DNA from: Enoplolaimus lenunculus
Taxonomy: Eukaryota
DNA length: 34,091 bases
Direction of reading: 5' to 3'
NCBI GenBank assembly: GCA_030248215.1
Contig: JASANG010001649.1
Coordinates: 558,001-592,091 of the forward strand
Both the position numbers and the translations under genes were made by a program. Shown here in pieces: positions 32,973-34,091 of this stretch. Under the pieces are notes generated by a model. That model searched no databases, was not told the origin of the DNA, and was given only the letters and a program-made list of their open reading frames with translations. The first letter of the stretch is position 1, and each line of letters opens with the position of its first letter.

Positions 32973-34091
32973 GCGCAATTTTTGTAGTGCATCAGTCCAG
33001 TTACCAAAAACCGTTAGAGGCGGTTATGAGATTTACAGAAGAAACGTGCTATATTTTTCTTGGATATATACAATTTTTAACACTATCAAAACAATTATCG
33101 GGCAGGGATCTAACCTGTTCTTAATGGGTGGCGCCCACTCACCCCCCGTAATTTCGGCATTGGTTGTATTGTATGTCTGCGTAATGTTACGGTATTGGCC
33201 GATCCCGAAATTTCTGATGATGAAGGTCGCAAGATATATGCGTGGAAAATGGTCTCGAGCAAAGCGAGCTAGAATCCAAACACAATGTTAGCACTAAATC
33301 ATAGCACAAAATTTTGACAATTATTATAAGTTTGCCGGCCTCGACATGGATGGCCCCTTCTGATTCGTCATTGTGAGCCAATTGAAATTGTATATAAATA
33401 ACTTGGTCGCATGATGCGCTTTGAGTTAAAAAATATGATTAAAAGTTTTGACTGAAAATAATGACACACTTTGTTATATTCTTTAACCAACCGGGCATAA
33501 TTTTGTATTTTTCCGCGACCACCAAAGTAGCTATCATTAGGCTTATGGCTGATACAATTAGTTCAACATTGCTTATGTTCTATTAAATCTAATGAAGTTC
33601 AAGCACGTAGCAAAAAGGTTTTGTGGGGCTTAACCTGTATTTCCCCCTTAAGAAGTCCTTTATCTCCATTTGTAAAAATGCGAAATTCTCTCGAGCTTCT
33701 TAAAATTTGGGTTTTCCGTTTTGCGAAAGCCGCGTATTTGCTCAAAAAATGGTTTAATAAGAACATTTGGCATATTTAAGCTATAAATTTTTGGAAAATA
33801 GCGTTTTTGGTCCTGAAATTAGCCTGTGCACCGCGATAATATGTTATGTAAAAGTGAATTTTGTCAATCGTTCGATACGGTTTGCAAAGTTAAATCGACA
33901 GGTTTACGGTTAACGCCAGCTGCGGAAAGATAACGGAAAGAACTTTTTCTCTCATTGAATATATTGGGTTGGACACCCATGGCGTTGTTTACAGAAATAA
34001 GGCGTATATACAAGGAACCAAGGGACAGATTAGCTGATGTATCACATTCTTACAGATCTTTGGAGGCGACCAAAATAAATAGGCTGTTTAA

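Overview
Eukaryotic, AT-rich animal genomic DNA. An invertebrate deuterostome such as a tunicate is plausible but cannot be proven from the sequence. The left half (2793-~13840, minus strand) is one 11-exon MIER-family (ELM2-SANT, HDAC co-repressor) gene that I spliced by hand in consistent reading phase to about 2170 aa. The 1418-aa ORF is only its unusually large, disordered last exon. The right half is almost all repeats: a 17-bp CGACAACTCGTCGACCC-type minisatellite, several MITEs (hAT, pogo/Tc1-like, and a GGCC-ended family carrying TTAGGC repeats), tRNA-derived SINE heads, and a family of non-autonomous LTR retroelements with very long LTRs. One young element has a 2351-bp 5' LTR (22819-25169), a 653-bp non-coding interior with a polypurine tract, and a near-identical 3' LTR interrupted at 27739. 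A diverged relative lies at 16953-19665. The two share an octamer/TATA promoter, a covarying kissing-loop RNA structure and, where a tRNA primer-binding site should be, a sequence complementary to the 5' end of U2 snRNA. They differ in a 'cargo' segment, which in one copy encodes a small PAM2 (PABP-binding) protein. This LTR family is the best candidate for an undescribed system. All alignments and pairings were done by eye.
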